From: a virus
Lineage: Duplodnaviria > Caudoviricetes
Strand: one strand, 5' to 3'
DNA: 30,473 bases
IMG/VR virus record: IMGVR_UViG_3300012942_000105
Coordinates: 1-30,473 of that record
The notes beneath the pieces were generated by a model. That model did no database searches and was not told where the DNA came from. It saw only the letters and a program-made list of their open reading frames with translations. Positions 18,950 through 27,278 of this stretch are shown here, piece after piece. The first letter of the stretch is position 1. Each line of letters starts with the position of its first letter. A program made the translations under genes and the position numbers.

Positions 18950-19023
18950 TAGGGTAGAGTTACCCTAAGATCGATCTCAGATGTAGCTGAATCGCGCTCA
19001 TTCGGTTGAGCGAATCTGTGTAC

Positions 19024-19029
19024 TAAATA
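19024..19029 (+). promoter_or_regulatory. Late promoter (TAAATA) with no downstream ORF; likely drives the ncRNA
   Basis: Same box as before structural genes; the next credible gene is about 890 nt away and has its own box. Confidence 0.55.
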
Positions 19030-19034
19030 ACCCC

Positions 19035-19600
19035 AAAGAGGGACCACCCACAGATTCTACTTTATAGCCCCTAGATATCCCCTGACACCAATAATCATAA
19101 AAAGAAGCCCCAGAGGAACACTAGGTTCCAACTGGGGCCTTACATAGCTTAACATCCTAGAATCTATCGACACCTTGTCCGGAAGAAGACGGAATGGTAG
19201 CCGCTAGGGGCGAACTGGGTCCTACATTAGTAGGTATGGGTATTACCCTACGACACACCAGTATAAACAAAGCCAGTGGGGAAAACGCTGGTGGTGATCC
19301 GAGAAGCAACCTGGGGTGCAAACCGACTTTCCCCTGGGCTCTGGTTCTTCGTAGGAAGTGAGGCCACCGGTGACCCGGAACCTCACAGCCGAGTCTGGGC
19401 TACTTGAAAGGTCTAGGTCTCGGTACCGCCATAACTCAGAGTTCCTATCTGAAAAGCCGACAGGATGACCCCGGCGCTGGTTTACCAGTGATAGTTTCAA
19501 GATCTTGCGACAACCTCTAACTGCAAGGCTGAACTCCCCTCTTGCTGATTCATTTTTGTTTCGGTAAGGGGGGAGTAAAGATCTGTGCTTCCTACCTACT
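19035..19600 (+). ncRNA. Putative large structured non-coding RNA (~560 nt), family unidentified
   Basis: No credible ORF. Many helices: 19067-74/19204-11, 19107-13/19132-38, 19271-84/19328-40, 19351-59/19587-95, 19358-63/19381-86, 19388-93/19419-24, and a 16-bp stem 19533-48/19561-76 with three G-U pairs on the + strand. Confidence 0.65.
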
Positions 19601-19674
19601 GCAAGTCTTACATTCACTCGCAAGCTCGTTCATTCCTCCGCTTCGCTCATCCAGTTATCACCCAGTAATCACCA

Positions 19675-19830
19675 ATTCAAGTGGTCTTTGAATCGAAGAG
19701 TTCATATGGAACTTTCGCAAAGATTCGTGAAGATTTCGCAAAGGATCGCACGGAATTACCGCTCTAAGGATCGCTTCATATCTCAGAGATTCTCACAGAT
19801 CCAATCGCATTGTACGGTTCTCAGAGAACC
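19675..19830. repeat. Cluster of short direct repeats and hairpins
   Basis: TTTCGCAAAG x2 (19713, 19734), AAGGATCGC x2 (19741, 19766), TCTCASAGA x3 (19781, 19791, 19819); hairpins at 19675-19693, 19694-19717 and 19816-19830. Confidence 0.6.
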
Positions 19831-19883
19831 AAGAGATCATGGCGATCATCTATTTGACTGAAATCCTTCGAACTCCATACCGA

Positions 19884-19889
19884 TAAATA
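19884..19889 (+). promoter_or_regulatory. Late promoter (TAAATA)
   Basis: TAAATA 27 nt upstream of ORF 19917. Confidence 0.5.
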
Positions 19890-19916
19890 CCACTATAATG
19901 AGACAATGGTGGTCAT

Positions 19917-20411
19917 ATGCGTCAAAGATTCAATGATCAAAGTGGTGAGTTCGTGGGTTGGAAGTTCAGTCGTACTGAAGCCGCCTATATTTCCTCAAAC
20001 ATCCTGCCATTCCTCAAGGGATCAAATGAGTGGGAATCTAGATTCCTGAGAACCATGGTCGGTGATTTCAACCATGATTTACCCTTCCTATCGATCAAGC
20101 AGAAAGAACGTCTAGACCTCATTCTACGACGTCATGGTATCTCCAATCTTTCTTACCTATGTGATCAGCTTCCTATTGCTCGTTGGAATGGTAATACAGA
20201 TTCACTGATCAACTTCATTAAAGAGATCATGCCCCTGATGGAATGCGAATTCATCTGGTTCTATGAATACAGCCCAGCAGCATTCGCCTATGATAGAACT
20301 CCTCTTGAGATTGCTACCGAGGATCATGACCTATATTTTGGCTTCGTGAGTGAACTTGATGCTGAGATGGTGGTTGCGGAGATAACTCATAGGGTACAAG
20401 CTACCGTCTGA
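19917..20411 (+). CDS. Hypothetical protein
   Basis: 164-aa ORF coupled (TGATG) to RNase H. Confidence 0.7.
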   Translation: MRQRFNDQSGEFVGWKFSRTEAAYISSNILPFLKGSNEWESRFLRTMVGDFNHDLPFLSIKQKERLDLILRRHGISNLSYLCDQLPIARWNGNTDSLINFIKEIMPLMECEFIWFYEYSPAAFAYDRTPLEIATEDHDLYFGFVSELDAEMVVAEITHRVQATV

Positions 20412-20791
20412 TGGAGATCTACTTTGATGGAGGATGCGCTCCTAATCCAGGCAAGATGAGCGCATGTATCGTGATATGTCAGCCAGGTCGTAAAGCCCGT
20501 GCCTTCACGATAAAGGATCTAGGTCAGGGTACCAACAATATAGCCGAGTGGTCAGCTCTTATCTGGGCCATCCTTTGGGCCAAAGATAATTCGGTTGAGC
20601 AATGTGTCGTTATCGGTGACAGCAAGTTGGTCATTAACCAGGCCAGGGGTATGTGGAAGGTCAATAACAAGGTGTTGGCCGATTTGCTCAAAGAGTTCCA
20701 TGAGATCTCTAAGGGTCTTGATCTTGAGTTTCGCCACGTTCTCCGCGATTCCAATCTAGCCGGCATCTACCTAGAGCACGGCACGCTCTAG
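20411..20791 (+). CDS. rnhA: Ribonuclease HI-like protein
   Basis: YFDGGC.PNPG, TNNIAEW.AL, GDSKLVINQ..G.WKV and HV.R..N motifs. Confidence 0.88.
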   Translation: MEIYFDGGCAPNPGKMSACIVICQPGRKARAFTIKDLGQGTNNIAEWSALIWAILWAKDNSVEQCVVIGDSKLVINQARGMWKVNNKVLADLLKEFHEISKGLDLEFRHVLRDSNLAGIYLEHGTL

Positions 20792-21024
20792 TGCATCATC
20801 ACACCAGTCTTATTGGTGCGCTCGATATTTTCCTCAATCAGTTCCAAAGCGTATTTGCGTTGTCTTGGTGTCATAGCAAAGGCCTGATCCAATGGTGCGC
20901 CCCCACGCATGTAGAAGCTGATCTGGATGAGTTGTTTCTCTAAGGCTCTTGCGTCTTCGATATACGACTGAAGAAACACAGGAATGTCTTCAGCCGATAG
21001 ACCCAAGAGCCTTATGCGAAAAAA
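20788..21024 (-). CDS. gp51-like baseplate hub assembly protein; possibly expressed by -1 frameshift from the upstream ORF
   Basis: ISFYMRGG..LDQAFAMTPRQR...ELIEENIE. No strong independent start/RBS; overlaps the end of the gp26-like gene in the -1 frame. Boundary is set at the slippery site. Confidence 0.6.
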   Translation of the reverse strand, partial: FFRIRLLGLSAEDIPVFLQSYIEDARALEKQLIQISFYMRGGAPLDQAFAMTPRQRKYALELIEENIERTNKTGVMMH

Positions 21025-21854
21025 CGCGAAGCGTCGAAGATCATACCGGCGGTCCATTTGTGCTTACACTCTTCCTTGGGGCATTCCACCTCAAGTGTCT
21101 TAGGAATACCCGACTCACTAAGGCTCTTCAGCTTATCGGTGATCTTCTGGATAGTCGCCCTATCGGTATTCTGAATGAACTCACTGATAAACTGCTGATC
21201 AGTGACTTTGTTTTCAGGGATGGTGATCGATTTGACACAATGGCTCAGTAGATCCAGATTCAGTTCAGCCATACGTTCAAAAGCTGAATTGAACTTTGAC
21301 TGTCTCTCATCCTCTGTCAGCTCTGTATCTGTCAAATATTGGAGGGCTTTAGTCTCCTGGAAGGTCTTGATATCCAGGATGGTCTTGCTCTCGAAGTCAT
21401 AGGGTTTGAGATTGATAACCATAGTGTCATTGACTCTCAGAACCGTATCCTCGTCTTTCACTGGAGCGATAGCACTCAAGAGACCTCTGATACTCGTTTC
21501 AGTCGAGAACTCGTTTTCACATTCTGGGCAAGTGACATTGACCTCCAAGTTATCACCATAGCTGGCTAGTTTAATCGCTAGAAGGAGCACATCCATATCA
21601 GGAACGCTAATATGACGGGGGTTCTTGATAGCCGGAACGCATGATTTGAAAAGACGTTCTAGAGCCTCTCCATTCAGGAGGGCATCTGGGTTCTTGAGGA
21701 TGATTTCATCGCTAGCAGTCATGGGAAGGATCGCAACCTCTCCATTCAGCGCAAGGTCAATTTCACCTTCTTCGAAGAACTGGCCACTAGTAGGCAAAGC
21801 CTGATGAACTGTAGCAGCCCGGCAATATCGGGCGAGTGGATTGGTGGTATCCAT
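21012..21854 (-). CDS. Baseplate hub assembly protein, gp26-like
   Basis: NPL..Y.R, LPTSG, PMTASDEI.LKNPDALLNG, D.DVLLLAIK.ASYG, and CPEC / CPKEEC zinc motifs. AGGAG RBS before ATG 21854. Confidence 0.8.
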   Translation of the reverse strand: MDTTNPLARYCRAATVHQALPTSGQFFEEGEIDLALNGEVAILPMTASDEIILKNPDALLNGEALERLFKSCVPAIKNPRHISVPDMDVLLLAIKLASYGDNLEVNVTCPECENEFSTETSIRGLLSAIAPVKDEDTVLRVNDTMVINLKPYDFESKTILDIKTFQETKALQYLTDTELTEDERQSKFNSAFERMAELNLDLLSHCVKSITIPENKVTDQQFISEFIQNTDRATIQKITDKLKSLSESGIPKTLEVECPKEECKHKWTAGMIFDASRFFA

Positions 21855-21875
21855 GTGAACTCCTAATTCTATACG

Positions 21876-21921
21876 CATATTTACCGCTTCATTAACTCCG
21901 CAGATAATGCTCCAATAAATA
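21876..21921. promoter_or_regulatory. Divergent pair of late promoters
   Basis: Minus strand: GTTAAT-N7-TAAATA (box at 21878-21883). Plus strand: TAAT-N7-TAAATA (box at 21916-21921). Confidence 0.7.
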
Positions 21922-21940
21922 CTGGAACAAGGGGGCAACC

Positions 21941-24334
21941 ATGTCTGACTTTTCATTTGAGCAGTTGCGATCGCTGTTTGAAAACCTGCAAGACCGTCTG
22001 GATAAGACTGCCGGTGATAAGTTGAGCCATGACGAGCTCGAGAAGATTCGTCAGATTCTAGATCGTCAAGCCAAGGATATGAAGAAGGCTTCCACCTCTG
22101 GATCATCCAAGGATACCGATGAATTCATCAGGAAGTTCTGGGATTCATGGAGAGCCCAGCAACCCCTCAAGGGTATTTCGGGTGGTCGCCCATCCAAATC
22201 ATCCTCTACTGGTGATGATGGCCAGACATTCATCCGCCGTAAACAGCAAGAACTAGGTAATGCCACTGGTGATATAACGGATTCGCTCAGGCAGTCAGCT
22301 AGATCTCAACGTGAGGCTAGTAAGAAAAGAGAGACTGGTCTTAACCGCTTTACCAAGAATCTGGATAAGGCCACCTTTAAGCTCACCAGTTGGACCAGCG
22401 CCCTTAAGAGTGGTTCACTTGCAGCAGTAGGCACTGGTGCTACCAAGAAAGGTCTCGGCGCCTTACAGACCCGCATTGACGCATTCCGTGATGTTATTGC
22501 GTCTAGTGGTGGTCAGTTCAAGAATATGACTGAGATGACCAACTCGGCCAATCAGGCTCATATGTCAGTTACTGAATTGGCTGATGCTTTGAATAAGAGC
22601 CAAGGCGCTCGTATGATGGGTGGCGCCTCTTACGCCCAGTTGACTGGCCAGTTGACCAAGTCTACCAATGCTATTGGTAATATGGGGTTGTCGTTCGAAC
22701 AACGCCAGGATGCCATGCAGGATTACCTGGAGATACAACGCAGAACTGGTAATCTGAATCACCTCACCACTAATCAGATGAATGATGGCATTCAGAGTAT
22801 GGTTAAGTCTTCACAAGAGACAGCTCATATTCTGGGTCTTACTCGTAAGGAAGCGCTAGACCGACAAAAGGAATTAGCAGCCGATCACGTTCGCAACGCG
22901 GTGATCCGCAGTAAGGGGTTGGATCAGAGCCAGGTAGATCAGGGCGAAATGGCCATGAGTCAATTCGGACCTGGTGCCCAAAAGATGTTCGAAGAGATTC
23001 TGGCCAATGGTCAGATTACTTCTAAGGAATCCGCAGTATATGCGTCAATGAATAAACCAGTTTTGGATATGGCCCATAATCTGGTCGATAAGTTGAATGC
23101 GCATCAGAAACTTGATCCTGAATCTATCGCTAAAATGGGTCAGACTGTCGCTGATGGTATCAAGCAGAGCTCCGTGACAGGTGCTCTTGCGCGCCAGACC
23201 TATGCAGCTGGCTTAAACCCTGAGGTAGCCAACGCAATCGCAGGTAGGGCACAGGCTGCTGATGCTGTCTTCAATACTAAGCCGAAGGAAGATCAGCTTG
23301 CTGATAAAGGAGACCTGGCTGAACTAAGTGCTCAGGAAGCCATGAGAACCGCTGCTAGCGCGGCGGCAACGGCTTTCGATACTCTGCACAACAGCTTGAA
23401 GGCCGAATTCGGCCCAGAGATGTACGCGTTCATGCAGAAGGTTATCAATGCTGGAACCTCGTTGACTGATTTCATCCAGAAACTTCAAGGGTATCCAGCC
23501 ACTATGTCAGCTTTGGGTGTTGCCGCTATTGGTGCAACAGCCGGTTTGTCAGCTGTGAGTCTTGCCTTCAAGGCATTCAAACTGCCTGGCCTGCTCTTGA
23601 ATCTAGTCAAAGGTGGCGGCAAAGCAGCCGTTGCAGAAGCTGGAGCAGCGGGCGCAGCTGGTGCGGCAGCTCGAGGCGGTGGTGGAACCCTTATCAGTCG
23701 TTGGTTGGGTCGCGCTGCCCCAGCCGCAGAAGGCATTGCGGAGAGTGGTGCAGGTAAAGCCGTTCTAGGTGCCGCAGCAGCAGGCCTGAAGCGTAATGCT
23801 CTTATTGGAAGTCTCTTCGAGGGCGTTGGCTATCTGACTGGTCAGAAGGATTTCTCGCTCAAGAACCTCGCCAAATCAGGCCTTAGAATTGGTGGTGGCG
23901 CACTTGGTGCTCTTGGTGGTGGTCTCCTGACTGCTGGTATGGGTGGTGAGGTCGTAGGTGGTATTGGTGGTTATGCGGCTGGTGATAAACTAGGTGATTG
24001 GCTTCTTGGGCCAGATGATACGCCAGCCACTGATGCCGCGAATGCCAAGAAGGCCCAGGGGAAGAAAGCAAACCCCAATCCGGCTAAGAAAACCGCAGAT
24101 GCGACTGGTCGGCAGGCTCCAGGTGTTCTTACACCAGAGCAGATGAATCAGCGTATCATGGAGGCTAGTGAGCGTGCCACCAATATCCTCAAGGCACTCA
24201 AGGATAATTCCGATAAGCAGTTGGAGCTCATGCGTGAGGATTTGATCATGATGCGACGAGCAAATGATCGAACTCATCGTCTGCTGGAAGATGGTAACAA
24301 GAATACCAAGGCCATTATGGACAACTCCGTATAA
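21941..24334 (+). CDS. Tape-measure-like tail protein
   Basis: 797 aa, helical Ala/Gln-rich body with hydrophobic Gly/Ala-rich segments near the C-terminus; late promoter; adjacent to hub/chaperone genes. Confidence 0.65.
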   Translation: MSDFSFEQLRSLFENLQDRLDKTAGDKLSHDELEKIRQILDRQAKDMKKASTSGSSKDTDEFIRKFWDSWRAQQPLKGISGGRPSKSSSTGDDGQTFIRRKQQELGNATGDITDSLRQSARSQREASKKRETGLNRFTKNLDKATFKLTSWTSALKSGSLAAVGTGATKKGLGALQTRIDAFRDVIASSGGQFKNMTEMTNSANQAHMSVTELADALNKSQGARMMGGASYAQLTGQLTKSTNAIGNMGLSFEQRQDAMQDYLEIQRRTGNLNHLTTNQMNDGIQSMVKSSQETAHILGLTRKEALDRQKELAADHVRNAVIRSKGLDQSQVDQGEMAMSQFGPGAQKMFEEILANGQITSKESAVYASMNKPVLDMAHNLVDKLNAHQKLDPESIAKMGQTVADGIKQSSVTGALARQTYAAGLNPEVANAIAGRAQAADAVFNTKPKEDQLADKGDLAELSAQEAMRTAASAAATAFDTLHNSLKAEFGPEMYAFMQKVINAGTSLTDFIQKLQGYPATMSALGVAAIGATAGLSAVSLAFKAFKLPGLLLNLVKGGGKAAVAEAGAAGAAGAAARGGGGTLISRWLGRAAPAAEGIAESGAGKAVLGAAAAGLKRNALIGSLFEGVGYLTGQKDFSLKNLAKSGLRIGGGALGALGGGLLTAGMGGEVVGGIGGYAAGDKLGDWLLGPDDTPATDAANAKKAQGKKANPNPAKKTADATGRQAPGVLTPEQMNQRIMEASERATNILKALKDNSDKQLELMREDLIMMRRANDRTHRLLEDGNKNTKAIMDNSV

Positions 24335-24336
24335 GC

Positions 24337-24342
24337 TAAATA
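24337..24342 (+). promoter_or_regulatory. Late promoter (TAAATA) for portal
   Basis: TAAATA 27 nt upstream of the portal ATG. Confidence 0.65.
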
Positions 24343-24369
24343 TCTGGAATTCATCCTACAAGGATCCAG

Positions 24370-26121
24370 ATGTCTTACAAAAAGCACGTTCAAGTCGTTC
24401 CAGTAAACCAGATGTTGAAGAAGCAACTGGCGCGAAACCGTGACCTTATTGATCCATCCTCTGGTGGCTCAAGCGCCAACTATTCCTCGCCCTTGCCTGA
24501 GATCTACGAGGGTTCACCCATGCGTATTGATCGATATGGTCAATATGACGATATGGATAACGATGCCGAGGTGAATGCGGCACTTGATACGATTGCCGAT
24601 TTCAGCACGCAGAAAGACAGTAAGACTGATGAGGTCTTCGAGATCAAATACCGCAAAGAAGCCTCGGATACTGAGGTAGAGATCCTTAAGACCTGCCTAA
24701 TGCAGTGGAGTAAGGTCAACGATTTTAAGAAGCGTATTTGGCGAATGTTCCGCAACACGATCAAATACGGTGATCAGTTCTTCATCAGAGACCCAGAGAC
24801 CCTGCGTTGGTATTGGGTAGATCCATCCAAGGTTGAAAAGATCCTAGTCAATGAGGCGGAGGGTAAGTCAATAGAGGCTTACATCTTCAGTGACCTGGAT
24901 GTCAACCTAGAGAGTTTCACGGCTACCGCACCTGATGATTATGGTCAAAACCTGACTGGTGGTACGAGCCAGATGGTATTCCAGTATCCAAGCCGAGATA
25001 CCAAGCGTTGGGGTCATGGCAAATCCTCAGGTAGTCGCTTTGAGGGCGACCAGAGTATGACGGCTATTGAGGCTACTCATGTGGTTCACCTCAGTCTTAG
25101 TGAAGGTCTTGATGCCAATTGGCCATTCGGCACAAGTATCTTAGAGAGCGTCTACAAGGTATGGCGTGAAAAGGGTCTGCTCGAAGAAGCCATTATCATC
25201 TACCGCATTCAGCGCGCCCCAGAACGTCGTGTCTTCTATGTGGATGTTGGTTCAATGCCCCTCCATAAGGTTGGTGGCTATCTCGAGAAGGTTAAGAACG
25301 AGATCCATCAGCGTCGTTTCCCCAGTAGAACTGGTGGCGGTGGTAATATCACTGATGCGACCTACAACCCTATGTCGATCATGGAAGACTTCTTCTTCGC
25401 ACAATCAGCTGAAGGCCGTGGCTCAAGGGTTGAAACTCTTCCGGCTGGTGAGAACCTAGGTCAGATTGACGACCTTCGATTCTGGAACAACAAGCTGATG
25501 CGCGGCCTCCGTGTTCCATCATCCTACCTTCCAACAGGCCCCGATGACGGCGTTCAGAGCTTCAATGATGGTCGTGTGGGTACGGCGTATATTCAGGAGT
25601 TTCGCTTTGCTGAGTATTGCAAGCGTCTCCAGAACCTGATCTGCAATGTCTTTGACGATGAGTTCAAGCTATTCGTACGTCGTCGCGGTTACAACATTGA
25701 TAGTTCGCTCTTCGAGTTGAGCTTCAATGAACCTGAGAACTTTGGTGTGTATGCCAAGATGGAGCGCGACTCCGCGGCCATCAATATCTACACCCCTCTT
25801 GCTGAAATGAAACACTTCAGCAAGCGCTATCTGATGATCAATTACCTTGGTATGTCTGAGGAAGAGATCAACGAGAACGAGCGTATGTGGCGCGAAGAAA
25901 ACCGAGACCTCACGAAAAACACAAAGGCTGATGATGGCTTCGCAGGTGGTGCACCAGCGGGCCTAGATGCCGTTGGTGTAAGACCACAGGATGAACTCGA
26001 TATGGGTGATGATCTAGAAGATGAAGAGCCAGATACCGGTTCTGATGACGGTCAGTCTAGCCCAATCTCGGGTGATGAAGGTAACAACACTGAAGATGAG
26101 GGCGACGAGAATGCGCTATAA
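24370..26121 (+). CDS. gp20: Portal protein, T4 gp20-like
   Basis: IYRIQRAPERRVFYVDVG, EDFFF..EGRGSRVETLPAGENLGQIDD, L.VPSSYL and E.RFA motifs; acidic tail. Confidence 0.95.
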   Translation: MSYKKHVQVVPVNQMLKKQLARNRDLIDPSSGGSSANYSSPLPEIYEGSPMRIDRYGQYDDMDNDAEVNAALDTIADFSTQKDSKTDEVFEIKYRKEASDTEVEILKTCLMQWSKVNDFKKRIWRMFRNTIKYGDQFFIRDPETLRWYWVDPSKVEKILVNEAEGKSIEAYIFSDLDVNLESFTATAPDDYGQNLTGGTSQMVFQYPSRDTKRWGHGKSSGSRFEGDQSMTAIEATHVVHLSLSEGLDANWPFGTSILESVYKVWREKGLLEEAIIIYRIQRAPERRVFYVDVGSMPLHKVGGYLEKVKNEIHQRRFPSRTGGGGNITDATYNPMSIMEDFFFAQSAEGRGSRVETLPAGENLGQIDDLRFWNNKLMRGLRVPSSYLPTGPDDGVQSFNDGRVGTAYIQEFRFAEYCKRLQNLICNVFDDEFKLFVRRRGYNIDSSLFELSFNEPENFGVYAKMERDSAAINIYTPLAEMKHFSKRYLMINYLGMSEEEINENERMWREENRDLTKNTKADDGFAGGAPAGLDAVGVRPQDELDMGDDLEDEEPDTGSDDGQSSPISGDEGNNTEDEGDENAL

Positions 26122-26365
26122 GGAAATCATCAAGGAAGACGTTCAGCAGGTCAAGGACGAGAAAGACATCCAGACTAATCGCTTTGATCCAGAGAGCGAT
26201 TCATTTGATCACCTGGATCTCGGTGATGATCGTAAACCCAAGTTGACTCTGAAGATGATCAACAGGTTGAAGAAGATTCGCTCTACCAAGAACCTAGAGA
26301 TGGTCAAGAAGCAAGAGCTTCTTGGTATCATGTATGGTATTGGTGGAGATGAGGAAGAGTCTTAA
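26111..26365 (+). CDS. Small head-region hypothetical protein
   Basis: MRYKEII...RKPKLTLKMINRLKKIR...MYG; start overlaps the portal end. Confidence 0.7.
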   Translation: MRYKEIIKEDVQQVKDEKDIQTNRFDPESDSFDHLDLGDDRKPKLTLKMINRLKKIRSTKNLEMVKKQELLGIMYGIGGDEEES

Positions 26366-26652
26366 GCGAAGAGCTTATCCGAAATCTTCTTGATCTGAAC
26401 GAGTTCAGTCTCGCCTAGTTTCTCGATACGTGTCTTGAATTTGGCTTTGAATGCCTGAGCTTCCTCGCCATTAAGAGCCATAAGATCACAGCCTGAATCC
26501 TTGAGGTGTTGGTAGATCGCCACAGCAAAGGTTGGAGATTTGCTCATATCTCTGACCATCACCTCCGCAATAGCCTCTGGAAGATCTTCTCCTCGAGTTA
26601 CTGCCTTGGCCTGTGCCACGATGGCTTTGATCTTATCGGTATTCATACTCAT
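26362..26652 (-). CDS. Hypothetical protein
   Basis: 96-aa ORF with AAGGA RBS. Confidence 0.65.
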   Translation of the reverse strand: MSMNTDKIKAIVAQAKAVTRGEDLPEAIAEVMVRDMSKSPTFAVAIYQHLKDSGCDLMALNGEEAQAFKAKFKTRIEKLGETELVQIKKISDKLFA

Positions 26653-26704
26653 TTGGTAATCCTTACGCGCACTAACCCTACTCTAAAGTGCACCAGAGCC
26701 TAAA

Positions 26705-27160
26705 TCAACCACCTCGTTGAATCGCGATTACTCGCTTGAGTCGATCACTGGCGCCCTTGGTATCAATGTCAGAATCTGGCACTTCCTCTGATTCGGTGAC
26801 CTTCTTGGGTTTGCGCGTAGGTTTGGCTGGTTTCTTCTCGATTGGTGCCTTGGCTTCAGGCACTACCACAACGCATTCATAGTCAAACGTATCACGGATC
26901 AGATCGAAGGTGGTAGCTTGGTATTCAGTTGGGTCGAGTTTCTTCCGCTCGGGAAATTCGGCGAATAGGTGGGTTAAGATTCCAGCGAAGTCGCTGTCTG
27001 GGGTAAAGGGCCAGTGTTTGAGCTGCATGAGATAACGCACCACAGCCTGACCCTGAATATCATTCCGATCTAACGCCTTCAGAGTTTCGAGAAACCCTCG
27101 ATCTCCTGATTCCAAGAAGGCGCGAACGCCCTGAGCCAAATCACTATTGATCATAACCAT
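26705..27160 (-). CDS. Hypothetical protein
   Basis: 151-aa ORF with AAGGAG RBS and sigma70-like promoter. Confidence 0.75.
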   Translation of the reverse strand: MVMINSDLAQGVRAFLESGDRGFLETLKALDRNDIQGQAVVRYLMQLKHWPFTPDSDFAGILTHLFAEFPERKKLDPTEYQATTFDLIRDTFDYECVVVVPEAKAPIEKKPAKPTRKPKKVTESEEVPDSDIDTKGASDRLKRVIAIQRGG

Positions 27161-27175
27161 GTGCTCCTTTCCGAT

Positions 27176-27203
27176 AGATTAGCAGCCTGGATCGCCATGT
27201 CAA
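27176..27203 (-). promoter_or_regulatory. Sigma70-like promoter
   Basis: TTGACA-N16-TAATCT, with the spacer ending in TGC. Confidence 0.6.
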
Positions 27204-27217
27204 ATAGGATGTCTGGG

Positions 27218-27223
27218 TAAATA
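27218..27223 (+). promoter_or_regulatory. Late promoter (TAAATA)
   Basis: Upstream of acidic head protein 1; followed by hairpin GGGTGA..TCACCC (27238-27256). Confidence 0.6.
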
Positions 27224-27278
27224 GATAACATGAATATGGGTGACATGATTTCACCCTCCTTTGCGCAAAGGAGCTCAC

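Noticed and set aside
19035-19600. tmRNA, RNase P RNA or tRNA identity for the structured region
   Set aside because: No tRNA-like T-arm/CCA ends and no GAGGAAAGUCC-type RNase P signature seen; cmscan is needed to be definitive.
19243-19623. 126-aa minus-strand ORF in the gap
   Set aside because: No clear RBS or promoter, atypical composition, and it overlaps the structured region whose G-U pairs favour the + strand.
19803-19820. AATCGCATTGTACGGTTC resembles the 3' strand of group II intron domain V
   Set aside because: The complementary 5' strand with the catalytic AGC/CGC triad (GAGCCGTATGCG-like) is absent upstream, and no interrupted gene or reverse transcriptase is present.
19675-19830. 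CRISPR mini-array next to a Cas12/TnpB-like gene
   Set aside because: Repeats are only 9-10 bp and irregularly spaced, with no repeat-spacer periodicity.
21855-22106. N-terminal extension of the gp26-like ORF in the ORF track
   Set aside because: Overlaps the tape-measure gene and the promoters; the RBS supports ATG 21854.
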